DNA of 60,392 nucleotides, counting the filler, from an uncultured bacterium (lineage in GTDB: Bacteria > Hinthialibacterota > Hinthialibacteria > Hinthialibacterales > Hinthialibacteraceae): NCBI GenBank assembly GCA_964449065.1. It is 4 parts of 4 records of this genome, joined end to end, with 100 filler letters (N's around TTAATTAATTAA, not from the genome) between each part and the next. Parts side by side here need not be neighbours in the genome. Positions count along the whole stretch, not along the records: positions 30,454 to 45,486 come from CAYVAZ010000107.1; positions 45,587 to 60,392 come from CAYVAZ010000110.1; 2 more parts are not named here. One strand, written 5' to 3'. Both the position numbers and the translations under genes were made by a program. The notes under the pieces were generated by a model that saw only the letters and a list, made by a program, of their open reading frames with translations, was not told the DNA's origin and ran no database searches. Each line of letters starts with the position of its first letter. Position 1 is the first letter of the stretch. Below, piece after piece: positions 39,585 to 50,271 of the stretch.

Positions 39585-40529
39585 TTACTGGTACACACCG
39601 TTCAATTTAACATAATTATCCCCCAGGTGTCCATAAGAAAATTCAGCAGGATGTAGGATTTCAGCCATCATCTCTAATGAATCCAACAAGCGCGGTCCCG
39701 GCCGGTTAAAAAACTGATGCCCGTCACACATATAAACCTCACCTTTCCGCACAGCACGAAGATGTTTCCATTCCTCCTTGTCTATAAGGCCTTTTGTTTC
39801 CTCAATCACTTTTTTTAAAGAAAATCCGCAAGGAAACAACATGAGAATATCAGGATCGGAAGCAGATAATTCATCCCATGTCATAAAAGGCGAATGCTTT
39901 CCTTTCTCCCCAAACAAATTCTCTCCACCGGCCATGTCCACTAATTCCGGAATCCAATTCCCGCCGCTCATCAGCGGTTCGATCCACTCAATACATGCCA
40001 CTCTTGGTTTTGCTTCTATCCGTTTTGTGTTTGCCGAGATATGGGCCATTGATTGCGCAATGTTGTCCACGACTTCTTCCCCGGTCTTATCCAATTTCAA
40101 CGAACGCGCCACCCGCCGAATATCTTGAAACACCTCATCCAAATCAACCGGGTTAAGGGGAACAATTTCCGGCGGCACATCCATGCCGGATTCCACCGCC
40201 AATTCCACATCCTTCATACTGACGGCGCACACTTCGCATTGCACTTGCGTAACAATATGCGTAGGCCGCAGTTCACGCAGCAATTCGGCATTCACTTCAT
40301 AAACCGATAACGCATTTTCCAATATAGCGGTTACCTCATGATGAATCTGAGCGCTGTTTCCTTCCGGATTCATCTTCGGCTTGGTCAATACCGGCAATTC
40401 TTCCACTCCGGCTGGAAAATCACACTCATGCGACCTCCCCACCAAAAATTCTTTGCAGCCTAATGCGCAAACAATCTCCGTAGCACTCGGTAGAAGCGAC
40501 ACAATTCTGGAATGTTGAGTCAAAGCCAT
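39585..40529 (-). CDS. BtuF-like cobalamin/siderophore-binding-fold protein
   Basis: RIVSLLPSATEIVCALG, GRSHECDFP, EWIEPL..GGNW, FNRPGPRL. Confidence 0.85.
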   Translation of the reverse strand: MALTQHSRIVSLLPSATEIVCALGCKEFLVGRSHECDFPAGVEELPVLTKPKMNPEGNSAQIHHEVTAILENALSVYEVNAELLRELRPTHIVTQVQCEVCAVSMKDVELAVESGMDVPPEIVPLNPVDLDEVFQDIRRVARSLKLDKTGEEVVDNIAQSMAHISANTKRIEAKPRVACIEWIEPLMSGGNWIPELVDMAGGENLFGEKGKHSPFMTWDELSASDPDILMLFPCGFSLKKVIEETKGLIDKEEWKHLRAVRKGEVYMCDGHQFFNRPGPRLLDSLEMMAEILHPAEFSYGHLGDNYVKLNGVYQ

Positions 40530-40657
40530 AAAATACCTTCTCTTGATCTACTCTATTTTTTAAAAATTTAGACTACAATTCATTCTCTGGCATTTGTCAA
40601 TTCCATTGGTTTAGATGATACATATAGAAACCGTAACCGGGAAGTATAAACCACACC

Positions 40658-41731
40658 ATGTTTTTACTCATTGTTTATCTATTGATCGCGTTGGTGTTTT
40701 CCTTTTTCTGCTCCATTGCCGAAGCCGTATTGCTGTCTGTCAGGCCGGCTTACATTAATGCCTTGGAAAAAGAAAATCCCAAAGGGGCGAAAATTCTGCA
40801 CGATTTGAAGAATAATATCGACCGTCCCCTCGCCGCCATCCTGAGCCTTAATACCGTCGCCCACACTGTCGGTGCCGCTGGTGTTGGCGCGCAATCCGCT
40901 TTCGTATTCGGGAGCGCTTATCTTGGTTTGACTTCCGCTGTGCTCACGCTCCTCATTTTGGTATTGTCGGAAATTATACCTAAATCGTTGGGGGCAACCT
41001 ATTGGCATAAACTCGCGACAATTATTGCGCCGTATATATTGTTGCTCACCAACATTCTAACTCCCTTTGTGTGGATGTCTGAATTAATAACCGACCTGTT
41101 TTCTCCCGGAGGGAAAACCATTTCTATTTTCAGCCGGGATGAATTAAAAGCCTTGGCGGAAATGGGTGCAGAAGAAGGCTACATAGATGTTAAAGAACTT
41201 AATATCGTCAACAATTTGATGCGTCTGCGTGAATTGACCGTCCGCGATATTATGACACCAAGACCGGTGATTTTTATGGTTTCCGCGGATATGACAGTTG
41301 GAGAATATTTCCATCTACATGCTAACAATACCTTTTCCCGTATTGCTATATATGGAGAAAACCGTGAAGATATTATCAGTTATGTATTGAAAGTTGATAT
41401 CCTCCTCGCCCAAGCCAATGATGAGTTTGACCGTAAACTTATCGAATTCAAACGCCCTTTCCATGCTCTTCCCAACTTCGTAAAAGTTTCGGAGGTTTTT
41501 GATCATCTTACCAAAGAACGCACCAATTTTGTCTTTATTGTGGATGAATACGGTACTGTGCAAGGTTTGGTCACGATGGAAGATGTGTTGGAAACCCTCA
41601 CCGGATTGGAAATCAGCGACGAATTGGATTCTATCGAAAGCATGCAAAACCTTGCCCGCCAACGGTGGAGAGAACGCATTACGCAACACGGTATCGATCC
41701 CAGCATTCTCGATGATAGACCAACGGAATGA
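40658..41731 (+). CDS. CNNM/DUF21 + CBS domain membrane protein (CorB/TlyC-like)
   Basis: SFFCSIAEA, ILSLNT, SEIIPK, IMTPR, VDEYG..QGLVTMED. Confidence 0.9.
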   Translation: MFLLIVYLLIALVFSFFCSIAEAVLLSVRPAYINALEKENPKGAKILHDLKNNIDRPLAAILSLNTVAHTVGAAGVGAQSAFVFGSAYLGLTSAVLTLLILVLSEIIPKSLGATYWHKLATIIAPYILLLTNILTPFVWMSELITDLFSPGGKTISIFSRDELKALAEMGAEEGYIDVKELNIVNNLMRLRELTVRDIMTPRPVIFMVSADMTVGEYFHLHANNTFSRIAIYGENREDIISYVLKVDILLAQANDEFDRKLIEFKRPFHALPNFVKVSEVFDHLTKERTNFVFIVDEYGTVQGLVTMEDVLETLTGLEISDELDSIESMQNLARQRWRERITQHGIDPSILDDRPTE

Positions 41732-41851
41732 ACACTAAATATTTACCGGGTAAACCTGACAAGCCAAAAATATTGTGATACTTACTCTTTTTATAACACA
41801 CGTTTCGCCCATGGCTGAAGGATAGATCCTCCGCAGTACATGGGCTTTTTT

Positions 41852-42244
41852 TTAAGATTCATCCTGCATGACTTTACGCGCGGATACAGCCAGCCACAAC
41901 CACCCAATAATCATCGCCACACCGCCAATGGGCGTAATCGCACCCAGCCAGCGTATCCCGGAAATAGACAGAATGTACAATGAGCCGGAAAACACCAAAA
42001 TTCCAAACAACCAAGAGAAACAAATAAACGGTACCGGTTTCGGAAGTCTATTGGATCTACAAAAGCCAACCAAAGCCAGCATCGCCAGCACATGATAAAA
42101 ATGATACTTCACGCCGGTTTCAAATATCGTCAACATCTCACCGGATATTATTTCTTTCAAACCATGCGCGCCAAACGCACCCAAAATAATTGCCAAAGCA
42201 CCCAAGACTGCTGTAATCCGTAACCATAATAATTTATTACTCAT
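41852..42244 (-). CDS. DUF423 family membrane protein
   Basis: GAFGAHGL, YHFYH, FSGSLY, GAITPIGG. Confidence 0.92.
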   Translation of the reverse strand: MSNKLLWLRITAVLGALAIILGAFGAHGLKEIISGEMLTIFETGVKYHFYHVLAMLALVGFCRSNRLPKPVPFICFSWLFGILVFSGSLYILSISGIRWLGAITPIGGVAMIIGWLWLAVSARKVMQDES

Positions 42245-42256
42245 TGATTCACCTCT

Positions 42257-42988
42257 TTAAAACCAGGCGCCGCCTGTAGAACGCCGTATATGCAAATCAT
42301 CAATGACAGCATTGTTTCTATGAAGCAGCAAAAACAGAACAATCTCTGCAATCTCTTCCGGCTTCATCATACCGGTAGTATCCAAATCCGGCCGCATGGT
42401 CCGCGCCAAATCCGTTGCTACCCCGCCGGGATTCACCGCATGAACCCGAATCCCATATTCCTGATACTCTTGCGACATCACTTTGGTAAAACCCATCAAC
42501 GCATGTTTGCTGGCGGCATACATGGATTGATTCACATACCCTTTCACCGCCATCACACTGCCAATATTAACTATCATCGCATAATCCGACTGTTTCAGCG
42601 AAGGCAAACACTTCTGACAAAGCACAAACGGAGCCAACGCGTTGATATTCATCAACGTATGCCACTCTTCCACCGAAGATTCTTCCATTGGCTTCATAAT
42701 TCCCACACCCGCATTGTTAATGAGAATATCCAGTTTTCCATAATAACCGCAGGCTTCCTCTGCCATGCTTTCCACTTCTTTGATATCCTCAAAATCGCAG
42801 GAAATTGGATGTACATCTGCACCCAACGCCCGCAGCTCTTTCGCGGCATTTACCAGCCGGGATGATGATTTCGCCGTCAATATAATCTTGGCTTTCTGTT
42901 CCGCTACCTTCTCAGCGATGGCTTTCCCAATCCCACGGCTTCCTCCTGTAATCATGACCACTTTATCTTTTAAGATAGAATCTTCCAT
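42257..42988 (-). CDS. SDR family oxidoreductase
   Basis: TGGSRGIG, NNAG, YAASK, NPGGV. Confidence 0.92.
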   Translation of the reverse strand: MEDSILKDKVVMITGGSRGIGKAIAEKVAEQKAKIILTAKSSSRLVNAAKELRALGADVHPISCDFEDIKEVESMAEEACGYYGKLDILINNAGVGIMKPMEESSVEEWHTLMNINALAPFVLCQKCLPSLKQSDYAMIVNIGSVMAVKGYVNQSMYAASKHALMGFTKVMSQEYQEYGIRVHAVNPGGVATDLARTMRPDLDTTGMMKPEEIAEIVLFLLLHRNNAVIDDLHIRRSTGGAWF

Positions 42989-43007
42989 GATCCGCCTCTT
43001 ACCTGTC

Positions 43008-43760
43008 TTACCGACCGTCATAATATACATCCCCTTGCAAAATTCTGTGAGTTTCTTCAACATCATCTTTCAATAACAGTTCTCCCTTTTGCCCAAAACC
43101 TACCAATATTCCCTGTTGGAGAATCTGGCCTTCTTTGACCGTTATCTCGGAACCAACAGGCTTATGCAATTCTTCCCATTCCCCGCGAATCCCTATAAAT
43201 CCATTTTCTTCCCATTTTGAAACAGCGACAGCAATCGATGCCAAAACATCCTGCAACAGGTTTTCTAAATCAAATTCCTTTCCGCTTTCAATCTTCAACG
43301 AAGTGGCCGCTTGATCAATCTTTTCAGTATCGTTTTTCTCCATATTCACGTTCACCCCGCAGCCTACAATGACATAAGAATGCTCATCCTCTGTATTGGT
43401 TATCTGCTTAGTTAATATGCCGCATAGTTTTTGGTTTCGTACCAGTATGTCATTCGGCCATTTTAATTCCGCCTGAATTCCTAAACTTCGTAAATGCTTT
43501 GCAATACCAACCGCGCAAGCCATCGATAAAGAAAGAAGTTCATCCTGCTTTTCATAGAATTTAAACAGCATAGAAAACGCCAAATTCCGGTTAGAACCCG
43601 TAAACCAGGAACGGTTATATCTCCCCCGCCCCGCCGTTTGTTCCCGAGCGGCTATCACAACACCAGCAGGCAGTTTCTCTCCATCACTAATCCGCTCTTC
43701 AAGAGATGTATTGGTTGAAGGAAGTGATTCATACCATTCAATTGGAAGAAAACGAAACAA
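43008..43760 (-). CDS. birA: Biotin--[acetyl-CoA-carboxylase] ligase (no HTH)
   Basis: STN, QTAGRGR..RSW, KWPND, KLCGIL, GCGVNV. Confidence 0.9.
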   Translation of the reverse strand: MFRFLPIEWYESLPSTNTSLEERISDGEKLPAGVVIAAREQTAGRGRYNRSWFTGSNRNLAFSMLFKFYEKQDELLSLSMACAVGIAKHLRSLGIQAELKWPNDILVRNQKLCGILTKQITNTEDEHSYVIVGCGVNVNMEKNDTEKIDQAATSLKIESGKEFDLENLLQDVLASIAVAVSKWEENGFIGIRGEWEELHKPVGSEITVKEGQILQQGILVGFGQKGELLLKDDVEETHRILQGDVYYDGR

Positions 43761-43937
43761 ATTTTTACCTTTCTAAAAGTGGATTAACAACTTTTATATT
43801 GTGTTGAAAAGATTGGTATTAGTGTATTTAGATTATCCTTAGGAGGTACCCTCAATCTAATAAAACATAAACAAGATAAATGAAACCTTTAGTACGGCGC
43901 CTTCGACTATATAGAAAAATCTACAAAGGAGATCGTT

Positions 43938-45275
43938 ATGGTCAAATATCTGTATCTAATTGTATTTTCTGTAATTACACTCAATCTAAGCCAAGCGGAA
44001 GGCAACAACTGGGCACATTGGAGAGGCCCTTACATGAACGGCTCCAACCCGGAAGCCGCACCCCCCATCAATTGGGATGAAAACACCAACATCCTCTGGA
44101 AAACGGACATCCCCGGCAAAGGCAGTTCCACCCCTATCGTTTGGGAAAACAAAATATTCGTCACCACCGCTGTCAAAACCGAAAAGGTGAAAGAAGGTGT
44201 AGAAGCGCAGCCGGAAGAACCGCAAGAAGAAGGCAGAAGAGGCCGGAGACGATTCGGCGGCGGATCCCCTCCCACAAACTATTACGAATTTAAAGTCGTT
44301 TGCTTGGTTCTGAATTCCGGCAAGGAAATCTGGAGCAAAACCGTAAACGAAACCGTCCCTCACGCCGGACACCACTCCACCAATACCTACGCTTCCGGTT
44401 CTCCGGTTACCGATGGAGAACACCTGTATGTCACCTTTGGCTCCTACGGTATCTATTGCATGGACTTAGACGGGAATATCAAATGGGATAAAGACTTCGG
44501 TGATATGAACACCCGTGCCGGCTTTGGTGAAGGAACATCGCTAACTGTGCATGACAACTCACTGATTGTCAATTGGGATCATGAAGATCAGTCATTCGTA
44601 GCTGTTTTAAATAAAAATAATGGGGATGTCATCTGGCAAAAAAACCGCGATGAACGCACCACCTGGGCAACCCCGGTTGTTTTTGAATATGACGGCAAAA
44701 AACAACTGATCCAAAACGGAACCACCAGAGTACGCAGTTATAATCTGGAAAACGGAGACCTTATTTGGGAATGCGGCGGCCAAACCGCAAATCCCATTCC
44801 TACACCCATTCGTTACCAAGATAATGTTCTATGTACCAGCGGGTTCCGTGGAGAAGCGCTTTACTCGATTCCATTAAGTGCTGAAGGCGATATAACGGGA
44901 ACAGACCATGTATCTTGGAGTTATAACAACGATACCCCCTATGTTCCCTCTCCGGTCTTATATGATGATCATCTCTATTTTTTGAAGTCCCGTGATGCCA
45001 TTTTGACTTGCGTAAACGTAAAAGATGGAAGTGTTGTTTTTGGTCCGGAACGCTTAAACGTCCGTGGAGATGTTTATTCGTCTTTAGGAGCAGCAAACGG
45101 TTATATCTTTGTAACCACCCGTGAGGGAGAAACCGCGGTTATCAAACATGGGGATTCCTTGGAAATCATTGAAACCAACGACTTGGGTCAAACAATCGAC
45201 GCCTCCCCCGTCTTCATCGGAGAAAAACTACTCCTCCGCGGAGAAAACACTTTGTTCTGCATCGCCGAAAAATAA
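43938..45275 (+). CDS. PQQ-binding-like beta-propeller protein (secreted)
   Basis: Signal peptide; NWAHWRGP, GSSTPIVW, SPVTDG, PYVPSPV. Confidence 0.85.
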   Translation: MVKYLYLIVFSVITLNLSQAEGNNWAHWRGPYMNGSNPEAAPPINWDENTNILWKTDIPGKGSSTPIVWENKIFVTTAVKTEKVKEGVEAQPEEPQEEGRRGRRRFGGGSPPTNYYEFKVVCLVLNSGKEIWSKTVNETVPHAGHHSTNTYASGSPVTDGEHLYVTFGSYGIYCMDLDGNIKWDKDFGDMNTRAGFGEGTSLTVHDNSLIVNWDHEDQSFVAVLNKNNGDVIWQKNRDERTTWATPVVFEYDGKKQLIQNGTTRVRSYNLENGDLIWECGGQTANPIPTPIRYQDNVLCTSGFRGEALYSIPLSAEGDITGTDHVSWSYNNDTPYVPSPVLYDDHLYFLKSRDAILTCVNVKDGSVVFGPERLNVRGDVYSSLGAANGYIFVTTREGETAVIKHGDSLEIIETNDLGQTIDASPVFIGEKLLLRGENTLFCIAEK

Positions 45276-45290
45276 AATGTATATAGAATC

Positions 45291-45315
45291 GTAGGGCAGT
45301 TTCCGGTAGCTGCCC
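45291..45315. repeat. GTAG-type REP-like hairpin
   Basis: GTAGGGCAGTTTCCGGTAGCTGCCC. Confidence 0.45.
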
Positions 45316-45335
45316 ATCATTTAACTCTACTATAA

Positions 45336-45366
45336 AAAAGGGATAAGCCAATCGCTTATCCCTTTT
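45336..45366 (+). terminator. Rho-independent terminator
   Basis: AAAAGGGATAAGC-CAATC-GCTTATCCCTTTT. Confidence 0.8.
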
Positions 45367-45385
45367 ATGTATTGAACCCTAATCT

Positions 45386-45486
45386 CTAGTAGTTCATCAA
45401 GGCTGACATGATGGGTGATAACTTAACCATCCACATGAAATGAATGGGATCAGTCATTCACAAGCGAAGCGCAGTGCCACAACCCC
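45386..45486 (-). mobile_element. MITE family A, third copy (cut by contig end)
   Basis: Reverse complement is 98/101 identical to 10915-11015. Confidence 0.85.
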
Positions 45487-45586
45487 NNNNNNNNNNNNNN
45501 NNNNNNNNNNNNNNNNNNNNNNNNNNNNNNTTAATTAATTAANNNNNNNNNNNNNNNNNNNNNNNNNNNNNNNNNNNNNNNNNNNN
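45487..45586. other. Artificial contig linker
   Basis: N44-TTAATTAATTAA-N44. Confidence 0.97.
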
Positions 45587-45940
45587 ATGGCGAAACGGCT
45601 GGAAGAAGAAGGATCCACCGCGGTTATGCCTGCCGGTGCCCCCATCGGTTCCGGACAGGGGATACTCAACCGAAATAATATCCGCATCATCTTAGAACGC
45701 GCCAGTGTGCCGATCATTGTCGATGCGGGGGTGGGTACCGCATCGGATGTCAGCGCCGCGTTTGAACTGGGCTGTGAAGCGGTTTTGCTTAATACCGGAA
45801 TCGCGGGCGCGCAAGATCCATTGCGGATGGCGGTCGCGATGAAACATGCCGCGATTGCCGGACGGCAGGCGTTTTTATCGGGACGCATTCCCAAGAAATT
45901 GTACGCCACCGCCAGCAGTCCCCAAAAAGACTTTGAATAA
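45587..45940 (+). CDS. thiG: Thiazole synthase (5' partial)
   Basis: [36 protein letters not shown]. Confidence 0.93.
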   Translation: MAKRLEEEGSTAVMPAGAPIGSGQGILNRNNIRIILERASVPIIVDAGVGTASDVSAAFELGCEAVLLNTGIAGAQDPLRMAVAMKHAAIAGRQAFLSGRIPKKLYATASSPQKDFE

Positions 45941-47002
45941 TGCGAGCACATTCCCTACTGCGAATGATTGACGCCAACGCGAACCGTGCGGGCGAAGGCC
46001 TGCGTGTGGTGTGCGACCTGTGCCGTTTTGTTGCCAATGACGGCAAACTGGCGGCCTCGTGGCGCGAGCTGCGCGGAAAACTATGGGCGGCGCTCTCCTC
46101 GATTCCGGGGATGGAGACGGATGCGCTGGAAAGCCGCGATAGTGTTGGAGACGCGGGGCGTACGTTTTCGTCCGGCGCGTATCAANNNNNNNNNNGTGCT
46201 GTCTATCGCGCGCGGCAACATTCACCGCGCGCAAGAATCGCTGCGCGCGTTGGAAGAATGTATGCGCTCGGTGGAACCTGCCGCCGTGCCCGCGTTTACA
46301 GAACTGCGCTACCGCTGCTATGACCTGGAAAAGCCCACTGTCAACGCATTGGAAGTATGGGGGATATATCAAAAACTGGATTTCGGGTTGTATGTTGTAT
46401 TAGGCAATGAATTTTCGAACGGCAGAGATTTTTTTGAAGTGGCGGAAAAAGCCATTGAGGGCGGCACGGGGGCGATTCAACTGCGCGATAAAGATATGAG
46501 TTCACGCGACCTGTTGCCGTGGGCTTACCGCCTGCGTGAACTCACCGCCAATCACGATGTGACCTTTATCATCAACGATCATATTGAACTGGCGCTTGCG
46601 GTGGATGCCGATGGTGTTCATTTGGGGCAGAATGATTTTCCCGTAGCGGAAGCCCGGCGTGTGTTAGGCCCGCATAAGATTATCGGGGCCTCGTCGCATT
46701 CGGTCGAACAGGCAAAGCAAGTGGTTGAAGCGGGGTGCAGTTATTTTAACATCGGGCCCATCTTTGCCACCGGTACCAAGAAAACGTTGGTTGATCCCGT
46801 CACTCCAATTCTGATCCAAGAAGTCATGAAAGAAATTCCCCATTTCCCTTTTACCGTGATGGGCGGCATTAAACTGCATAATGTGGATGAAGTGCTGCAA
46901 CACGGGGCGCGGCGCATCGCTGTGGTTACCGCCGTCACTGCCGCGGACGATATCACTGCCGCTGCCCGGGCTTTTTGTGATAAGATATCCGCTTACAACT
47001 AA
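45940..47002 (+). CDS. thiE: Thiamine-phosphate synthase, long form with N-terminal helical domain (apparent frameshift at 10-N gap)
   Basis: LRMIDANANRAGEGLRV..D..RF; RAQESLRALEE; IQLRDK, IIND, DADGVHLGQ.D, GPIFAT.TK. Confidence 0.9.
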
Positions 47003-47024
47003 GTAGGGGATATGTATTGTATTT

Positions 47025-49895
47025 ATGACACTCTCAGTAAATCCACAACAAATGAATGCCCTGATTGAAGCGTTCTCAAAACATCAGGTTCGATATGACT
47101 CGTTGGATGATAAAACCAAATCCCGCATTGAAACGCTGGTGAAATACTCACCCGGCTTTGCGGCGGAATGCGCAGCACGGCCCGAATACATTCTGCCGTA
47201 TCTCGAATTGGACGTGCTGCAAACCAAAAACACCGTTAAGCAATTGAGGAAGCGAATCGCCGGGACGGTATTGAATCAAGAGGATGCCGAAACCGCCTTG
47301 CGGCGCTTCCATAAGCAGGAACTGATCCGACTGGCCTGGAAAGACCTTTGTGAACTTGCCACGCTGGAAACCATTACCGAAGAATTATCCAATCTTGCCG
47401 AATCGGTTGTCGATGCCGTGTACATCCTTGAAGAAAAACAGGTCAAAGAAAAATACGGCACTCCAATTTGTGAAGACACCGGCAAAGAATCGTATATGTG
47501 TGTCATTGCGTTAGGAAAATTCGGGGGGAAAGAGCTCAACTTCAGTTCGGATATCGATTTGATGTTTGTATATGATGCCACTGGGCAAACGGAGGGCGGC
47601 CAGGAAACGGTACGCAATAAGGAATATTTCATTCAATTGGCGCAGCGCATTTGCGATGTGCTCAGCAAATCCACACAAGAAGGCTTTATGTATCGCGTTG
47701 ATACCCGTATCCGCCCGGAAGGCAGCAGCGGCGCGCTGGCGGTTCCTCTGATGACGATTGAAATCTACTTCCCCACCTACGGCCAAAATTGGGAACGGCA
47801 GGCGCTGTTGAAAGCCCGCCCTGTCGCCGGCGATCCGCAGACCGGCAAGAACATCATGAGCATTCTCACCCCGTTCTCGTACCGCAAGTATGTGGATGAA
47901 GTCGAAGTGGCGGATGTGTTGGGCGGCATTCATGAACTGCGCAAGAAATCGCTAAAAGAAATCGGAGACGAAGCGGCACAAAAACGCAACTTTAAAAACG
48001 GCTACGGCGGCATCCGCGAAATTGAGTTTTTTGTACAGGCGGTGCAGCTGCTGTACGGCGGGCAGTATCCGGAAATCAAATTAACCGGCACGCTGCAATC
48101 GCTGCAGCGCATGCACGAAAGCCATTTGCTGCCCAAGAAAGAATTCGCGTTTTTTACCGAGGCATACTGGTTTTTGCGCCAGACCGAACACCGCATGCAA
48201 ATGGTTCACAACCAACAGGTGTATGAACTGCCGGACAATCCCGAAGCGCAGGCACGCCTGGCTGAAAGTATGGGCTTTGATTCGTATGACGCGTATTTGG
48301 CAAAGTATAACGAAATCATCGAACAAGTGCGTAATATGTACAACGAAGTCTTTCGGCGCGAAGAATGGGAAAATGCCGAAGAAATCCTCGTTGAGAACGA
48401 TCAGTACAATCAAGAAATCGAAACGCTGCTGTTGACCTACGATTTTCAAGATCCCCGGCAGGCATTCACCTTTTTAAAGTCATTGCAAACCTCACAAGAC
48501 CTGCATTTGCAGCCTAAGACCACCCGCTTGTTTAAAGCCTTTTTGCCGCGGCTGCTGAAGTATTTGGAAAACAGCCCGGACGCGGACAAAGCGCTCTCCA
48601 ATTTCGAAAAAATCGTTGAGAGTTTCCGGGCCAAAACTGCCTTGTTTCAATCGTTGTGTGATTCACCACCCCTGCTGGAGTTGCTGGTTTCACTCACCAG
48701 CAACAGCCACTTTTTAACCACGCTGATTCTGCGTGACCCCTCGCTGATGGAATCGCTGGGACGCGACGGCGTCATGCGGCAAACCGTCACAAAAGACTAT
48801 ATGCAGAACCATTTGCAGTTGATGCAGAACGCAAAACCCAACGAAGACCACCACACCCATTTGCTGTTGGTGCAAAACGCGGCGATGTTCCAAAGCGGCA
48901 TCCGCTTTTTGCTGCGGCTCACCGATATCGAAGCAATGGGGCACGAACTCACCGAAGTCGCCGATTTTGTCTTGCAGCAGTCGGTGCCGCCCATTCATGA
49001 AAAACTCTCGCGGCGTTACCCCAACTTCACCCGTCAATACGCCGATGACATCGTCATCATCGGTTTAGGCAAATTGGGAGGGCGTGAATTCAACATCGCA
49101 TCCGACTGCGACATTATCCTCATCTACCCCGAACGAATTATGACCGATGAGATCACCTCATCCGAATACTACCACCGCTGGGCGTCAAACTACATCAAAT
49201 ATTTGGAAGACAAATCGCCGATGGGCTTTTTGTATCATGGGGACGCGCGCCTGCGCCCGCATGGCGACAGCGCCCCGCTGGCATGTAGTTTTGCCAGCTT
49301 TCGTGAGTATTACCAAAAGAACGCGCAGTTTTGGGAAAAAATGGCGCTCAGCCGCGCGCGTGTGGTGGTAGGCAATGAAAAAGCGGAAGCCTTCTTGTGT
49401 GAGTTGAAGGAAGAAATCCTCTTTCAGCGGGCGATGAATGAGGAAGAAGCGCGGATGCTGCTGGATATGCGCAAACGCATTGAGACCGAAAAGAGCAAAG
49501 AGACCTTAAAAGCGGCCCCCGGCGGCATCATCGATGTCGAGTTCATCGCGCAGGCGCTGGTGCTCAAGCACGGGCACCGGCATCAATCGATGCGGCTGAC
49601 ATCCACGCTGGATGTGCTGCGCGCCGCCCAGCAGGAAAACCTGCTGCCAGAAGCAGACGTGCATCAGCTGCTGCAATCGTATATGACCCTGCGCGAAGTC
49701 GAGAACCGTATGCGGATCGTCAACAACACATCCATCGATTCACTGCCCACCGATGAAAAAGAACTGGAACGCCTCACCCGCCGCTTCGCGTTAAAGACGG
49801 AGAGAGACCGCTACACACCCGATGAATTTAAAGAGTGGATCGGCAGCCATACCCAAACCATCCGCCGCATCTATGACACGTTTTTTGGGAGTTAG
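47025..49895 (+). CDS. glnE: Bifunctional glutamine synthetase adenylyltransferase/deadenylase
   Basis: Two NT domains: LGKFGGKELNFSSDIDL / LGKLGGREFNIASDCD; YRVDTRIRPEG; WERQALLKAR; GGIREIEF. Confidence 0.95.
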   Translation: MTLSVNPQQMNALIEAFSKHQVRYDSLDDKTKSRIETLVKYSPGFAAECAARPEYILPYLELDVLQTKNTVKQLRKRIAGTVLNQEDAETALRRFHKQELIRLAWKDLCELATLETITEELSNLAESVVDAVYILEEKQVKEKYGTPICEDTGKESYMCVIALGKFGGKELNFSSDIDLMFVYDATGQTEGGQETVRNKEYFIQLAQRICDVLSKSTQEGFMYRVDTRIRPEGSSGALAVPLMTIEIYFPTYGQNWERQALLKARPVAGDPQTGKNIMSILTPFSYRKYVDEVEVADVLGGIHELRKKSLKEIGDEAAQKRNFKNGYGGIREIEFFVQAVQLLYGGQYPEIKLTGTLQSLQRMHESHLLPKKEFAFFTEAYWFLRQTEHRMQMVHNQQVYELPDNPEAQARLAESMGFDSYDAYLAKYNEIIEQVRNMYNEVFRREEWENAEEILVENDQYNQEIETLLLTYDFQDPRQAFTFLKSLQTSQDLHLQPKTTRLFKAFLPRLLKYLENSPDADKALSNFEKIVESFRAKTALFQSLCDSPPLLELLVSLTSNSHFLTTLILRDPSLMESLGRDGVMRQTVTKDYMQNHLQLMQNAKPNEDHHTHLLLVQNAAMFQSGIRFLLRLTDIEAMGHELTEVADFVLQQSVPPIHEKLSRRYPNFTRQYADDIVIIGLGKLGGREFNIASDCDIILIYPERIMTDEITSSEYYHRWASNYIKYLEDKSPMGFLYHGDARLRPHGDSAPLACSFASFREYYQKNAQFWEKMALSRARVVVGNEKAEAFLCELKEEILFQRAMNEEEARMLLDMRKRIETEKSKETLKAAPGGIIDVEFIAQALVLKHGHRHQSMRLTSTLDVLRAAQQENLLPEADVHQLLQSYMTLREVENRMRIVNNTSIDSLPTDEKELERLTRRFALKTERDRYTPDEFKEWIGSHTQTIRRIYDTFFGS

Positions 49896-49896
49896 T

Positions 49897-50142
49897 TCAG
49901 CTGAATACTTGGAGTTTCATCCCAAACATGTCTTGCAGTTCCGGGCCGAATTCATCAAAATCATCCGCGATTTGAATCTCCGGCATACATCCAAAAGGGT
50001 AGGGTTTTCGTTTACTGGGAGATGATTTGGGCACAATTTGATACTCATGATCGTCTTTAGTGATGATCACTTCTTCACCCGCAGCCGCTTGATCAATCAA
50101 TGATGATAGATTGTTTTGCGCCTCTTTTATATCGACATTCAT
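49897..50142 (-). CDS. Phd/YefM-type antitoxin (DUF2281-like tail), no adjacent toxin
   Basis: IKEAQNNLSSLIDQAAAGEEVIITK; FG...I.IADDFDE. Confidence 0.8.
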   Translation of the reverse strand: MNVDIKEAQNNLSSLIDQAAAGEEVIITKDDHEYQIVPKSSPSKRKPYPFGCMPEIQIADDFDEFGPELQDMFGMKLQVFS

Positions 50143-50271
50143 TTTTTTGCCTAACTATTGAAACGAAATACTTTATGACCTCATTAAAACATACCGCACT
50201 TTCGGCTTGGCGGATGCCTCGCCCTTCCAATTTTACCGGTCAGACACTGTACCGCAATATCAATACCGCGC

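Noticed and set aside
45940..46323. Frameshift in thiE
   Set aside because: Caused by the 10-N gap at 46186-46195
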